This document shows, in pieces, positions 55,240 through 64,000 of a DNA stretch of 64,000 nucleotides (position 1 is its first letter; every line of letters begins with the position of its first letter). Source of the stretch: Candidatus Poribacteria bacterium (GTDB lineage Bacteria > Poribacteria > WGA-4E > WGA-3G); contig OZ243938.1 of the NCBI GenBank assembly GCA_965214095.1, forward strand, positions 4,800,001-4,864,000. The letters are read 5' to 3'. The notes beneath the pieces are model-generated. The model was not told where the DNA came from. It did not search any database and was given only the letters and a program-made list of their open reading frames with translations. The translations under genes and the position numbers were made by a program.

Positions 55240-57129
55240 CTAAAAGTCGAAATCGGATGCGGCGACAGCTTCTGCTGATACTTTGATAAGTGCAAATTCA
55301 ACGCGTCTATTTTCTGCAGCCTCTGCTGGACTTGTCGGTTTCGCAATAACTGGTTCTTTAATTCCTACACCAACAGGAACAATTTGATCTGTATCAATGC
55401 GTGCATTTTTACTACGGGCATAATCAATAATAGACTGTTTCACCGCTTCTCCACGTTGTTCGGAAAGCTTCAGAGCAGCACGCATGACTTGGTAAGGATT
55501 TTCAACATCACTGCTATCGTCAAATTTTCGTTGATCGATGAGACGAATCAATTCAGCAGTATTCTCAAGACTAAAGGGTTTACCGTTCAAGAAATATTTA
55601 TAACTGCCACGCGTTCCTGTCCGTTTCAGAAATCCTTTGGACAAACCGGTTCTTACCAGAATGCTCAAAGTTCTTGATGGGTCACTGTGTCCTTTGATAG
55701 CAATCGCAGCATTGCCATATTTTGAAGCAAGTTCTACTACTCTGTCAAATTCTGAACTATACCGAGACGCACTAAAGGTGTCCTGATTCGCATCAAATTG
55801 GATTGTAAATGAAATTAGTGTCTTTTCATCTAGAACAGCATCCTCATTGAATGATTCAATTTCTGCCCGGACAGTTTCTTTCTTAAAGCGAGTCTTCTTT
55901 AGTTGTGTCGGAGCATCAACAGTTGTCGCAAGCAGACTCTTGAATGCATTGGAATTGAAATTTAGGTCTGATGGGAGTAATGCATGTTTCTGACTTGCAA
56001 AACCCCAGTTAACTGCCATATCCAATCCAGCTTTATTAAATCCTTCAAATCCTGAGATAGTATTGCTTGGATCGTTGAAAAATGCAACATTACCGGGTTG
56101 TCCGACGAAAGTGCAATCAGCGATTAATCCGTGTGCATCCTCTTCAAGTGTTGGCAACACATCTTTTCCATAGACATTCTGCATCATTGTCAGTAGTTTG
56201 TTGTATTGTGCAGAACCACTTCTCTCATAAGCTTTCTTAAGTGAAACGACCTCTTCTGCACCTTTAAGATAACCTGCAAAGAATCGTTCAATAAAAGGTT
56301 TATATTTGTCATAGAAATCTTTACGACATGCATATACATCAGCGATTGAACGCGATAGAGTTGCTGTGCTAACAACAACGCGTGCCCCCTTTACAGTGCC
56401 TTCTGCACCTGTGCCGGTATTCTCTGGACCGCCTGTTAATCCAATCATGTCTGGTGTAATAACGAAACATCCTGCGATAGAAGAGTCATTTCTGAATCGT
56501 TCTGCCGGACCTTTTGCTCCAGTTAATTCTTCTACCCAAACTAACTGAACATTGGATTTAGAGAGACGGGCAGTTTTCAACATATCATAAAGCATCCCAA
56601 CATGAGGTCCACCCTTCTGAATAGCAATCTTTTTACCGTTAAGATCCGATATTTTGCGGATATTTGATCGTCCGACAAAATGGTCTCCTGCCGACCATGT
56701 TAGTTGTCCAAACACGACAGGTTTTGTGTTGGGATCGCGTCCAATTACTTCGCTTGCTTGTGCGATCATTCTAAACGTGCCCCGTAGTATCGGTGTCTTC
56801 CCAGAGAGATAGTCACGGACTTGTTGCTGGAAATTATCGCCAGGTACCAGTTTTAAATTGAGTCCTTGTTTTTCCATGATTGTGCCGGGTTGCGTTGTCA
56901 GACCTCCGTTTGCATGGAATAGCGCAGCTTCACCACCCCACGTAATATAAGGCACGACTAAGGGAGAAATTGAAGTGACTTCACCTACGGTAACTGGTCC
57001 AACTGCATCAGCAAAACGTTCCTGTGCATTTGCTGAAAACATAAAGCATAGAAGCATCAGACAGACTAAATTATATTTCAAGAATTGGTGTAATACTTTG
57101 CTGCTACAGAATATTGGATGCTTTTTCAT
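55240..57129 (-). CDS. secreted periplasmic-binding-protein + OmpA-like domain fusion
   Basis: signal peptide, ITWGG, LTWSAGD, IADVYACRKDF; C-terminal IQFD, IKGHSD, LSEQRGEAVK, ENRRVEF. Confidence 0.82.
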   Translation of the reverse strand: MKKHPIFCSSKVLHQFLKYNLVCLMLLCFMFSANAQERFADAVGPVTVGEVTSISPLVVPYITWGGEAALFHANGGLTTQPGTIMEKQGLNLKLVPGDNFQQQVRDYLSGKTPILRGTFRMIAQASEVIGRDPNTKPVVFGQLTWSAGDHFVGRSNIRKISDLNGKKIAIQKGGPHVGMLYDMLKTARLSKSNVQLVWVEELTGAKGPAERFRNDSSIAGCFVITPDMIGLTGGPENTGTGAEGTVKGARVVVSTATLSRSIADVYACRKDFYDKYKPFIERFFAGYLKGAEEVVSLKKAYERSGSAQYNKLLTMMQNVYGKDVLPTLEEDAHGLIADCTFVGQPGNVAFFNDPSNTISGFEGFNKAGLDMAVNWGFASQKHALLPSDLNFNSNAFKSLLATTVDAPTQLKKTRFKKETVRAEIESFNEDAVLDEKTLISFTIQFDANQDTFSASRYSSEFDRVVELASKYGNAAIAIKGHSDPSRTLSILVRTGLSKGFLKRTGTRGSYKYFLNGKPFSLENTAELIRLIDQRKFDDSSDVENPYQVMRAALKLSEQRGEAVKQSIIDYARSKNARIDTDQIVPVGVGIKEPVIAKPTSPAEAAENRRVEFALIKVSAEAVAASDFDF

Positions 57130-57247
57130 GTCTCTTTCCTCTTTTTGAGTTACACATTTTTATATTTGTTCACGTCAATGGTATTCTAACATATAAATTA
57201 GATTATTACCACAAAATTAAGATAGAATTAAATGGTTGGAAAATCAC

Positions 57248-58738
57248 CTAACGTGAATGTTTAGGTTTACGTGGGAATATTAAGATGGCATCTGATACAG
57301 GACGACCCTGAAACCTTGGCAGAGGACGAATACGACGGTTACCACGAGCAGACATCGTTCTCCTATCCATTGCCGTCTTTTCTTCAACAGGTTTGTTTTG
57401 AGTATCAGGTTCTTTACTTGCGTCTGTCTTTTTCACATCCGTTGTTTCTTTGGCTATGACATCTGCTTGTTTGTCTGGTTTCTTTACTATTTCTTTTTTG
57501 TCTGTTTGTTTTTTTGTATTATCAGGTTTCTGCTTTTCCTCTGAGTCTGGACGGGGAGGAGGTTTACGTTTTACACTTACAACTTTATCTCTTATAATCA
57601 TCATGGATGAAGAACCACCATCGAAGTTCACAGCATCGGTTGCACCCCATTTCTGAAATAGGCTTGCCAGTTTATGTAACATGACACCACGTCGCACTTT
57701 CGGATCTGCACCTGTAATTGTAACAAAGAGTAATGTACCATCAGCCTTTTTACCAACTGCAGTGCGGGGATGCCAGAAACTGTGAAATGCTGGACCAAAA
57801 CCTTCTTGTTGATAGATTTCAGATGTAGATTTGCTTCCATTCTTCAGTAACAGAGGTCCTCCACCGATAATATGTGACATACTTTCCCACAGATGACTAT
57901 CTCCCACACTCTCAGGTATTACTTTTTCTTGGATTTCAACCTTTGTATCAATAGCAATATGCTCAAGTAACAATTTACGTTTCCTGCCATTTGAAGATAG
58001 GACATATCCATCACTTGGAATTCGAGAGCTTCCTTGTCCATCATATATATCAACTATTCTGTCATTTCTTACAACCACTTCAAGACCATCATGATTCGTC
58101 AACGTGTTGGCGTGAAAGCCAGGACGATACAGTATCAATTCGTCCTTTATCCGCACACGATTGATTCCGTCAATTTCCAACCTTGCACCATTTGAGAAGA
58201 CAATCTCATGTTGAAGTAGAATACGGTCAAAATAAGTCTCAATCTTCCCATTGACAGTTCTGAAACCAACAACCCCACGCCCTTGCTCTGGCTCACTTAC
58301 CCATTCACCATCAATCTTTAATGCACCGACAGATTCACCTTGATAAGTTCCTGCCATCTCATAAAATCCACCATTAATAGCAATCGGTGCTTTCTTACGA
58401 TGTGCAATTGACTGCAAATGTTCTGAACCAATACCTGCGCCGAGTGCACGATATGGACGGATGTCTACGGCATCAGGTTTCACTGAAAGAATGTTTGTCA
58501 GAACACCATCATCCAATATCTGACGATGAACAATCCCAGGAAACACTTGCTCTGTTTTATCACTAGAGACAGGATCGGTATAAGATTTTACATAGGCGGG
58601 AACTTTTTTCAGTGGTACAACTTTGCCTACCCAAACACCTAATCCGAAAAAAATCAGAAAACCGATTATCATCCATGTGCGTGGATAGCGTTTGATGAAA
58701 CGGACAAATCTACGTCCTAAATAGATAATATCAAACAT
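57248..58738 (-). CDS. phosphodiester glycosidase (NAGPA/DUF2233) family protein
   Basis: AINGGFY, GGGPLLL, HPRTAVG, AVNFDGGSS, RPVSDAIL. Confidence 0.85.
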   Translation of the reverse strand: MFDIIYLGRRFVRFIKRYPRTWMIIGFLIFFGLGVWVGKVVPLKKVPAYVKSYTDPVSSDKTEQVFPGIVHRQILDDGVLTNILSVKPDAVDIRPYRALGAGIGSEHLQSIAHRKKAPIAINGGFYEMAGTYQGESVGALKIDGEWVSEPEQGRGVVGFRTVNGKIETYFDRILLQHEIVFSNGARLEIDGINRVRIKDELILYRPGFHANTLTNHDGLEVVVRNDRIVDIYDGQGSSRIPSDGYVLSSNGRKRKLLLEHIAIDTKVEIQEKVIPESVGDSHLWESMSHIIGGGPLLLKNGSKSTSEIYQQEGFGPAFHSFWHPRTAVGKKADGTLLFVTITGADPKVRRGVMLHKLASLFQKWGATDAVNFDGGSSSMMIIRDKVVSVKRKPPPRPDSEEKQKPDNTKKQTDKKEIVKKPDKQADVIAKETTDVKKTDASKEPDTQNKPVEEKTAMDRRTMSARGNRRIRPLPRFQGRPVSDAILIFPRKPKHSR

Positions 58739-58829
58739 CTTTGGTAAACAAGAACTTTCGTTGTTCCCAGGGGCATTTAGTCTTAAGTATTTCCCAAAAT
58801 AGAGATTTACTGAAAGTTAATCCCAAGAC

Positions 58830-58854
58830 GGTAGGTGCGGTTTCCTAACCGCAC
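58830..58854 (+). repeat. solo GTAG REP hairpin
   Basis: GGTAGGTGCGGTTTCCTAACCGCAC just downstream of purB. Confidence 0.75.
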
Positions 58855-58872
58855 AGGGTTCTAAAATGATTC

Positions 58873-60270
58873 TTAGGATAGGTTCTCTATACGGTTCTCC
58901 CATTCATCACATGTAGCATGAGTTCGTCTCACTGCTGCACCGATATAGTTAGTTGGTGCACTGAGTGCTTCACTTTGCGGTTTTGTCAACTTGTCAAGGA
59001 ACGGTCGAAAGGTCTCATCCTCCCATAGTAGTGTGGTTAGACTTTTTCCTGTTTGATGTACTTGTGCTATCAGTTTACGTGTGTGGTCATAAGCATCTGG
59101 AAACCCGTAATATGCCATCAGCAAATAGATCGGTTCTGCGATTGTGTCCTCTGCACTCATATCAAGGTTGCGTTGCATATTTTCTGCCTTAACGTCCATT
59201 TCATCTAATGCACGCCGCAATCTGTAGATTGAATAGTCAAAAGCAGTGAGTAACTCTGTCAAAAATCGGCTTGAGGCGGAATTGGTCAAATCACGTTGGT
59301 GTTCCAAAATGCTGTCCATAAAAACGGTTTGCATGCGCGGAACAAACGCTTTCCACAGACTTTTAACATTTTCATAAGCCTCGGGATTGATTTTATGTGG
59401 CATTGTGGATGAGCCGACAAGTTGTGGATTATATTTTCTGCCTACTTCAGCAATCTCTGTCCGATAGAGGTGTCGCATATCATCTGCGAAATTTGCCAGC
59501 ACAGTGTATGCTGCTGTCACATGATACGCTACATCGGAGATGAACTCCGGTTCAACACACTGTGTTGATGTATGCGTATCCGACGGTTTTAAATCAAGCA
59601 AAGCGAGAAAATCTGCTTCTATCTGTTCAGGATTCTCATGAATTAATGACAATCCGTTGAATGCGCCTACCGCTCCAGAAAACTGCCCGCGTAGATTTTG
59701 ACCTGCTTCATGTATCTTTTCAATCCGTGTACCAAGACGACTGATGTAGAGTGCTAATGCATATCCGAAGGTGGTTGGTTCAGCATGCTGTCCGTGTGTC
59801 CTACCGATTTGCGGTGTTTCTGCATGTTCACGTGCTAAGGCTATTAACTGCTTTTCCAGTTCAATCATATCTGGAACAATGACATTCTCAATCAGTGCTT
59901 TAAATCGTAATGCGGTTGCTGTGTCCAAGATGTCCGCAGAAGTTGCGAATAGGTGTACATACGGACGCGCTTCAGGACTAATTTTACTCCGAATTACATT
60001 GACAAGTGAACGAATGTTATGTCGGATCCTCTTCTGTTCTTCGTAGACCGCTTCCGCTGTTACCTGTTCTACTGCTTGTTCGACTTCATCTGCTATTTTT
60101 GAAGAGCAGACCCCATAGTTTGCCAGTGTGCGAGTCAAGGCTGCTTCCACCTTTGCCTGATAGGTGACATATCCTGCCTCAGAGACATAAGGTAAGAGCC
60201 GTTGCATAAATTTATCATCGCCGCCATAGTATCTAAAATCTAATGGACTGACGGCTTCATATAGCTGCAT
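58873..60270 (-). CDS. purB: adenylosuccinate lyase
   Basis: SPLDFRY, GRTHGQHAEPTT, GSSTMPHKINP, QRDLTNS; start ATG 60270 or TTG 60279. Confidence 0.93.
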   Translation of the reverse strand: MQLYEAVSPLDFRYYGGDDKFMQRLLPYVSEAGYVTYQAKVEAALTRTLANYGVCSSKIADEVEQAVEQVTAEAVYEEQKRIRHNIRSLVNVIRSKISPEARPYVHLFATSADILDTATALRFKALIENVIVPDMIELEKQLIALAREHAETPQIGRTHGQHAEPTTFGYALALYISRLGTRIEKIHEAGQNLRGQFSGAVGAFNGLSLIHENPEQIEADFLALLDLKPSDTHTSTQCVEPEFISDVAYHVTAAYTVLANFADDMRHLYRTEIAEVGRKYNPQLVGSSTMPHKINPEAYENVKSLWKAFVPRMQTVFMDSILEHQRDLTNSASSRFLTELLTAFDYSIYRLRRALDEMDVKAENMQRNLDMSAEDTIAEPIYLLMAYYGFPDAYDHTRKLIAQVHQTGKSLTTLLWEDETFRPFLDKLTKPQSEALSAPTNYIGAAVRRTHATCDEWENRIENLS

Positions 60271-60382
60271 AGTAGACAATTCTCCAATTTTTTGTCTTAT
60301 TGTATCCTATGCTAATATGAATGTAAAGTGTTTTTGTTTGATTGAGTGTGAAAAGTTTTTGGCAAAATATTATCAAAAAACC

Positions 60383-60632
60383 TGTAGGAACGATCTCCGA
60401 CTCGCGATAGGTCGGGAATTGGAGTTCCCTCCTACAATACCATAAGCGTCAATTTAGCATCCTTCCAAGTACCGGTAGGTTCGGTTTCCTAACCGAACCG
60501 GCTTTGTGCCAAATACCTTTATAGAGGTTCTTGCACAGGTTCCGTGCGGTTAGGAAACCGAACCTACCGGCCTAGGGAAACGCCTAATTTACACTAAATT
60601 GACGCCTATGGAGTTCCCTCCTACAATACCAT
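60383..60632. mobile_element. MITE-like element family 4 (60441-60610) nested beside a REP doublet with a 24-bp flanking duplication
   Basis: inverted ends CATAAGCGTCAATTTAG / CTAAATTGACGCCTATG; internal inverted REP pair; TGGAGTTCCCTCCTACAATACCAT at 60420-60443 and 60609-60632. Confidence 0.8.
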
Positions 60633-60701
60633 CTTGTCCAATTAATTCAAAAATCTATCATATAGAATGGAAGAGTCTTTTGCTGAGATAATGCCGTGTG
60701 T

Positions 60702-63700
60702 TTATTCCTCTGGGGTGGAATATACTCCGCGTTGTACTCTGATAATTTCGCCTTTATCAACGAGTCGTTTGAGTTCATTTTTCACTGCTTCAGGATTACC
60801 TTCAATCGCACTGACAAAATCAGCAGTCTTATTCTTTCCATCCGCAAGAAGATTTAGAATTTGTATTCGGTAAGGGACACGGAGAGGGGCACCGCCCCTT
60901 AGTTTTTGTAAAATACGGTTTGCTTGTCTTGAGGAACATCCATAAACGTGTTCAACTTCTTCTCTACTGGATTTGGCTGTAAGACAGTCCCTCTCTTTTT
61001 CATAGTCTTTTCGTTTCGCAACTACTTCCGGTAATTTGTCAAGTCCACCAGCAATTACGAAATCTTCCCAATCAAAATGGACGGTTTCAGTTCTATCTGA
61101 TATTCCAGCAAGATTTATACCGGTAAGTAAAACAACTGTCTTACCTTTCAATCTGTTGCATGTATTGCAGTTAAGTATCGGTCTTAATAGAACATCTACA
61201 TTTCGTTCATATATATTTTGTAAACGCTCATCCGTATATAGACCGTAAACTTTGTCCCTTTCATAATTCAGCGGAGTATCATCGTTTCCATATAGTATCT
61301 GTCCCTGTCGCCATATAGTACCCTGTGGTGGTTCAGGAGCACCGACAATCCAAATCACTTGCACTTTTTCAAGAATAGAGTCCAAATTATCCATATTGTC
61401 AGAGAACTTTATTAAATGGACATTGTCTCTCTTAGTGATTTCAGATAACTGTTTGATCCCTGCGACATAGGTGATAACCGCATGAGCAACATTCACATCC
61501 TTCTCAATTTCATCGATTATACCCTTGTAAAAACTTATACCAATTTGACTTATTCCAATTACATCCCAGTTCCTATCATAATCCAAAATCATTTCTCGTG
61601 GATAGAGTCCTGTCTGAATTTGAAAGATTTTGGTTTCTTTGTTACACGAAGGTAGTTCTAAATGTGCTACTTTAAATTTTTCATCAGGAAAGGCTCGATT
61701 CAAATGTTGTTCGTAGAGTGTTGTGGATTTAATGAAAAGTTGTTTAATATCTGGATGTAAAATTGGAGGAATCCAGAACTCAAGCACTTTCTTATCCCAT
61801 CTCACGCGTGCATCCTCATCTCGTGTGTAATGCTCAAAGAAACTTTTGAGTTGATGCCAAACTGTCCAATTGGAATTTGGACATACAGACTGAATATTCT
61901 GAATGTCAGTCACAGTTTCAATTTTGAATATACCCAATTGGATAGCTTGGCTCAAAGTCATTGGTATGCTAATATCTTCGTCTACAACAATAGATTGTAA
62001 GTGTAAAAATGGAAGACTTTTGTCTTTAAGAATATCAGCTGCAAGATTGTCTAAAGGAATGTATACATCAATATCATTTTCAAATTTTATAGTATATTTT
62101 GCTAAGACCTTGTCAGTTTCTGGATCAACATAAGGTTGCTCAACGATCCTACATTTTATATGTGTCTCACACATCTGTTTGATAATGACATTTTCCTGTG
62201 TCTGGAAAGCTTGGATTGCTGAACGAATACGTCTGACAGAATCACCATAAAACTTTCCTCTCAGTTGTAATGTGTTAAGTAAGAAATTTGCGAGGTTACC
62301 TAACGGTTCTCCATGCCAGTTCTGTGCCCACTCAGACAACCTCTCTATTGATAATTCACACCTGAGAAACAGATCGTGCGATTTGGGTTCATCAATAATA
62401 CAAAATCGGTAATTGTTGTCAATTGGTTCAAGTAACTCTTCAGCGAGTTTAGAATATTTTGGGTTAATTAAAAGGTCTGGATTTGATAGAAACAAGTAAT
62501 TCACTTTCTCTAAGTTTTTAGATTGTGCCAAATATCCCTGTTCTTGGCACATTTCATTAACAGGACATTGCGGACATATACTCTCTGTGGGATTACCACC
62601 TTTTTCTTCCAGAGCATCACACCTTTCTGAATCAATACATACATTACCAAGTCTGAATGGATTTGCGATTAATTCATCCTGCGATAATTCTCTTACTTGT
62701 TTCCATAGATGAGATCGTGGTTTCCACCAACCAACAGATCTCTTGTCATCTTTATTGATATATCGTTCAACTTCTGCTGATTCTGGCACTTCTGTATTGA
62801 TACATAGTCGTCTGTTATTGGGAAAAGTAGAAATCACATCATCCCATTCTACCCAATCTGAGTAAGTTCTTATTGCATATACTCTTGTTCCATCGTCATA
62901 TAATGAAGGTAATTGAATGGACTGTTGATCTAATAATTGTTTGTTTTCGTCTATGTGCGTCTGGTTTGAACGGTTATAATGCTTACGTTTGATCGCCAAT
63001 GGACTCAGTTCATTGTTTCGTATGGCGAGGATTTCCTCAGAGATCTGTATCTGGTTTTGGTGAATTGATGGAATAATCCCTGTTTCTTCCCAGACTTCTG
63101 TAATTGGTGTAGCATCAATTGGCAATTCAAGATCAGGCGAATTTGCACGTACCCACACAGTTCTATCTTGTTCCCATAGAGCAACATGCTTGTTTGAATC
63201 TTCTGCATTGTGTCTTGTCCAATGATGAATACTGTTTTTCTCACCAACATAAGTATAACCTCGACGTAGGAATTCTTCTCTGGCGAGATCAAGTCTATGT
63301 GTTCCGAGTGTGAATGGAACCCTTGATACGGGTGTACTATTCTCATTAAGTTTTAGGGATGTATTCATATCTCCGTTTTCAGGTTGATGTAAGATCTCCC
63401 GCAAGATATCAATGGGTGTAAAAAGAATTTCTTTTGAAATAATAGGAGGATCAGTTAGGTTTCCCATGAGAATTTCATAACGGGAATCCCAACAACTCAA
63501 TCCGTGTTTACCTATAATATCAAGGTACTCAACTCTGTTACCAGATTTGTTTGAATAGATATAATGCCTATCTTCATTGTTATAAGGATGAAGGTAATCA
63601 AGGATTCTAAACGATAGTCGTATCCCTCCATTTTTTGTTAATGTCAATAGTGGATTCACAACTGCATCGATAAGTGCCTGAATACATGTCAGAATTGCAT

Positions 63701-64000
63701 CCGGGGCATTACATAGAGCATCGTACTTGAAATGGATGTCATGCCACGGTGCTCCAAACTTCTGTGAGGGAATACCAGTATAAATCTGTATACCCCATGA
63801 ATTTCTCCATTGCCGTTGTAGCCAACTTCCTGTGTGTTGTGGAATTGAAAATCGACGAACCCAATTTTCATTACTAAACGTTCGCGGTCCTCTATCATTC
63901 TCAGGTGCGCATCCTATAGGCATAAAGGAAATGTTTGCTTCTTCTAAGGTATGAAGTTTCAAAGATTTGCCATCTGCATGATAAATGGTATATTCGTAAG
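60702..64000 (-). CDS. large hypothetical protein, possible degenerate primase/helicase with C-terminal HTH (5' end outside window)
   Basis: frame stays open to the window edge; Cys cluster CIDSERC...CPQCPVNEMC, FCIIDE, C-terminal wHTH-like ELKRLVDKGEIIRVQRGVY. Confidence 0.7.
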   Translation of the reverse strand, partial: YEYTIYHADGKSLKLHTLEEANISFMPIGCAPENDRGPRTFSNENWVRRFSIPQHTGSWLQRQWRNSWGIQIYTGIPSQKFGAPWHDIHFKYDALCNAPDAILTCIQALIDAVVNPLLTLTKNGGIRLSFRILDYLHPYNNEDRHYIYSNKSGNRVEYLDIIGKHGLSCWDSRYEILMGNLTDPPIISKEILFTPIDILREILHQPENGDMNTSLKLNENSTPVSRVPFTLGTHRLDLAREEFLRRGYTYVGEKNSIHHWTRHNAEDSNKHVALWEQDRTVWVRANSPDLELPIDATPITEVWEETGIIPSIHQNQIQISEEILAIRNNELSPLAIKRKHYNRSNQTHIDENKQLLDQQSIQLPSLYDDGTRVYAIRTYSDWVEWDDVISTFPNNRRLCINTEVPESAEVERYINKDDKRSVGWWKPRSHLWKQVRELSQDELIANPFRLGNVCIDSERCDALEEKGGNPTESICPQCPVNEMCQEQGYLAQSKNLEKVNYLFLSNPDLLINPKYSKLAEELLEPIDNNYRFCIIDEPKSHDLFLRCELSIERLSEWAQNWHGEPLGNLANFLLNTLQLRGKFYGDSVRRIRSAIQAFQTQENVIIKQMCETHIKCRIVEQPYVDPETDKVLAKYTIKFENDIDVYIPLDNLAADILKDKSLPFLHLQSIVVDEDISIPMTLSQAIQLGIFKIETVTDIQNIQSVCPNSNWTVWHQLKSFFEHYTRDEDARVRWDKKVLEFWIPPILHPDIKQLFIKSTTLYEQHLNRAFPDEKFKVAHLELPSCNKETKIFQIQTGLYPREMILDYDRNWDVIGISQIGISFYKGIIDEIEKDVNVAHAVITYVAGIKQLSEITKRDNVHLIKFSDNMDNLDSILEKVQVIWIVGAPEPPQGTIWRQGQILYGNDDTPLNYERDKVYGLYTDERLQNIYERNVDVLLRPILNCNTCNRLKGKTVVLLTGINLAGISDRTETVHFDWEDFVIAGGLDKLPEVVAKRKDYEKERDCLTAKSSREEVEHVYGCSSRQANRILQKLRGGAPLRVPYRIQILNLLADGKNKTADFVSAIEGNPEAVKNELKRLVDKGEIIRVQRGVYSTPEE

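Overview
Low-GC bacterial chromosomal window. Its gene content (secreted WD40-dockerin proteins ending in a PNPFNPETW domain, LamG/CBM proteins ending in KLxTTWAxxK, several PhyH dioxygenases) suggests Candidatus Poribacteria; this is inference only. Housekeeping genes (mazG, prs, gpmI, potBC, alr, lysC, purB, pduO-type adenosyltransferase) alternate with accessory genes. The strongest findings are five. (1) A rhodanese-MoeB/E1 gene that the ORF track splits in two is most likely one selenoprotein: an in-frame UGA sits at the conserved E1 Cys position and is followed by a SECIS-like hairpin. (2) A B-A-B-A array of secreted WD40-dockerin genes lies downstream of a consensus sigma-54 promoter with two palindromic enhancer-like sites, carries the stump of a lost fifth gene, and is preceded by a WD40-cohesin-dockerin gene that could act as a scaffold. 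(3) At least four different TA-ended miniature element shells carry GTAG-type REP hairpins as cargo. (4) An ABC-type ATPase plus PIN pair is a candidate defence or TA system. (5) Two binding-protein-OmpA fusions flank a VWA gene with no transporter. No rRNA, tRNA or CRISPR array was recognised.
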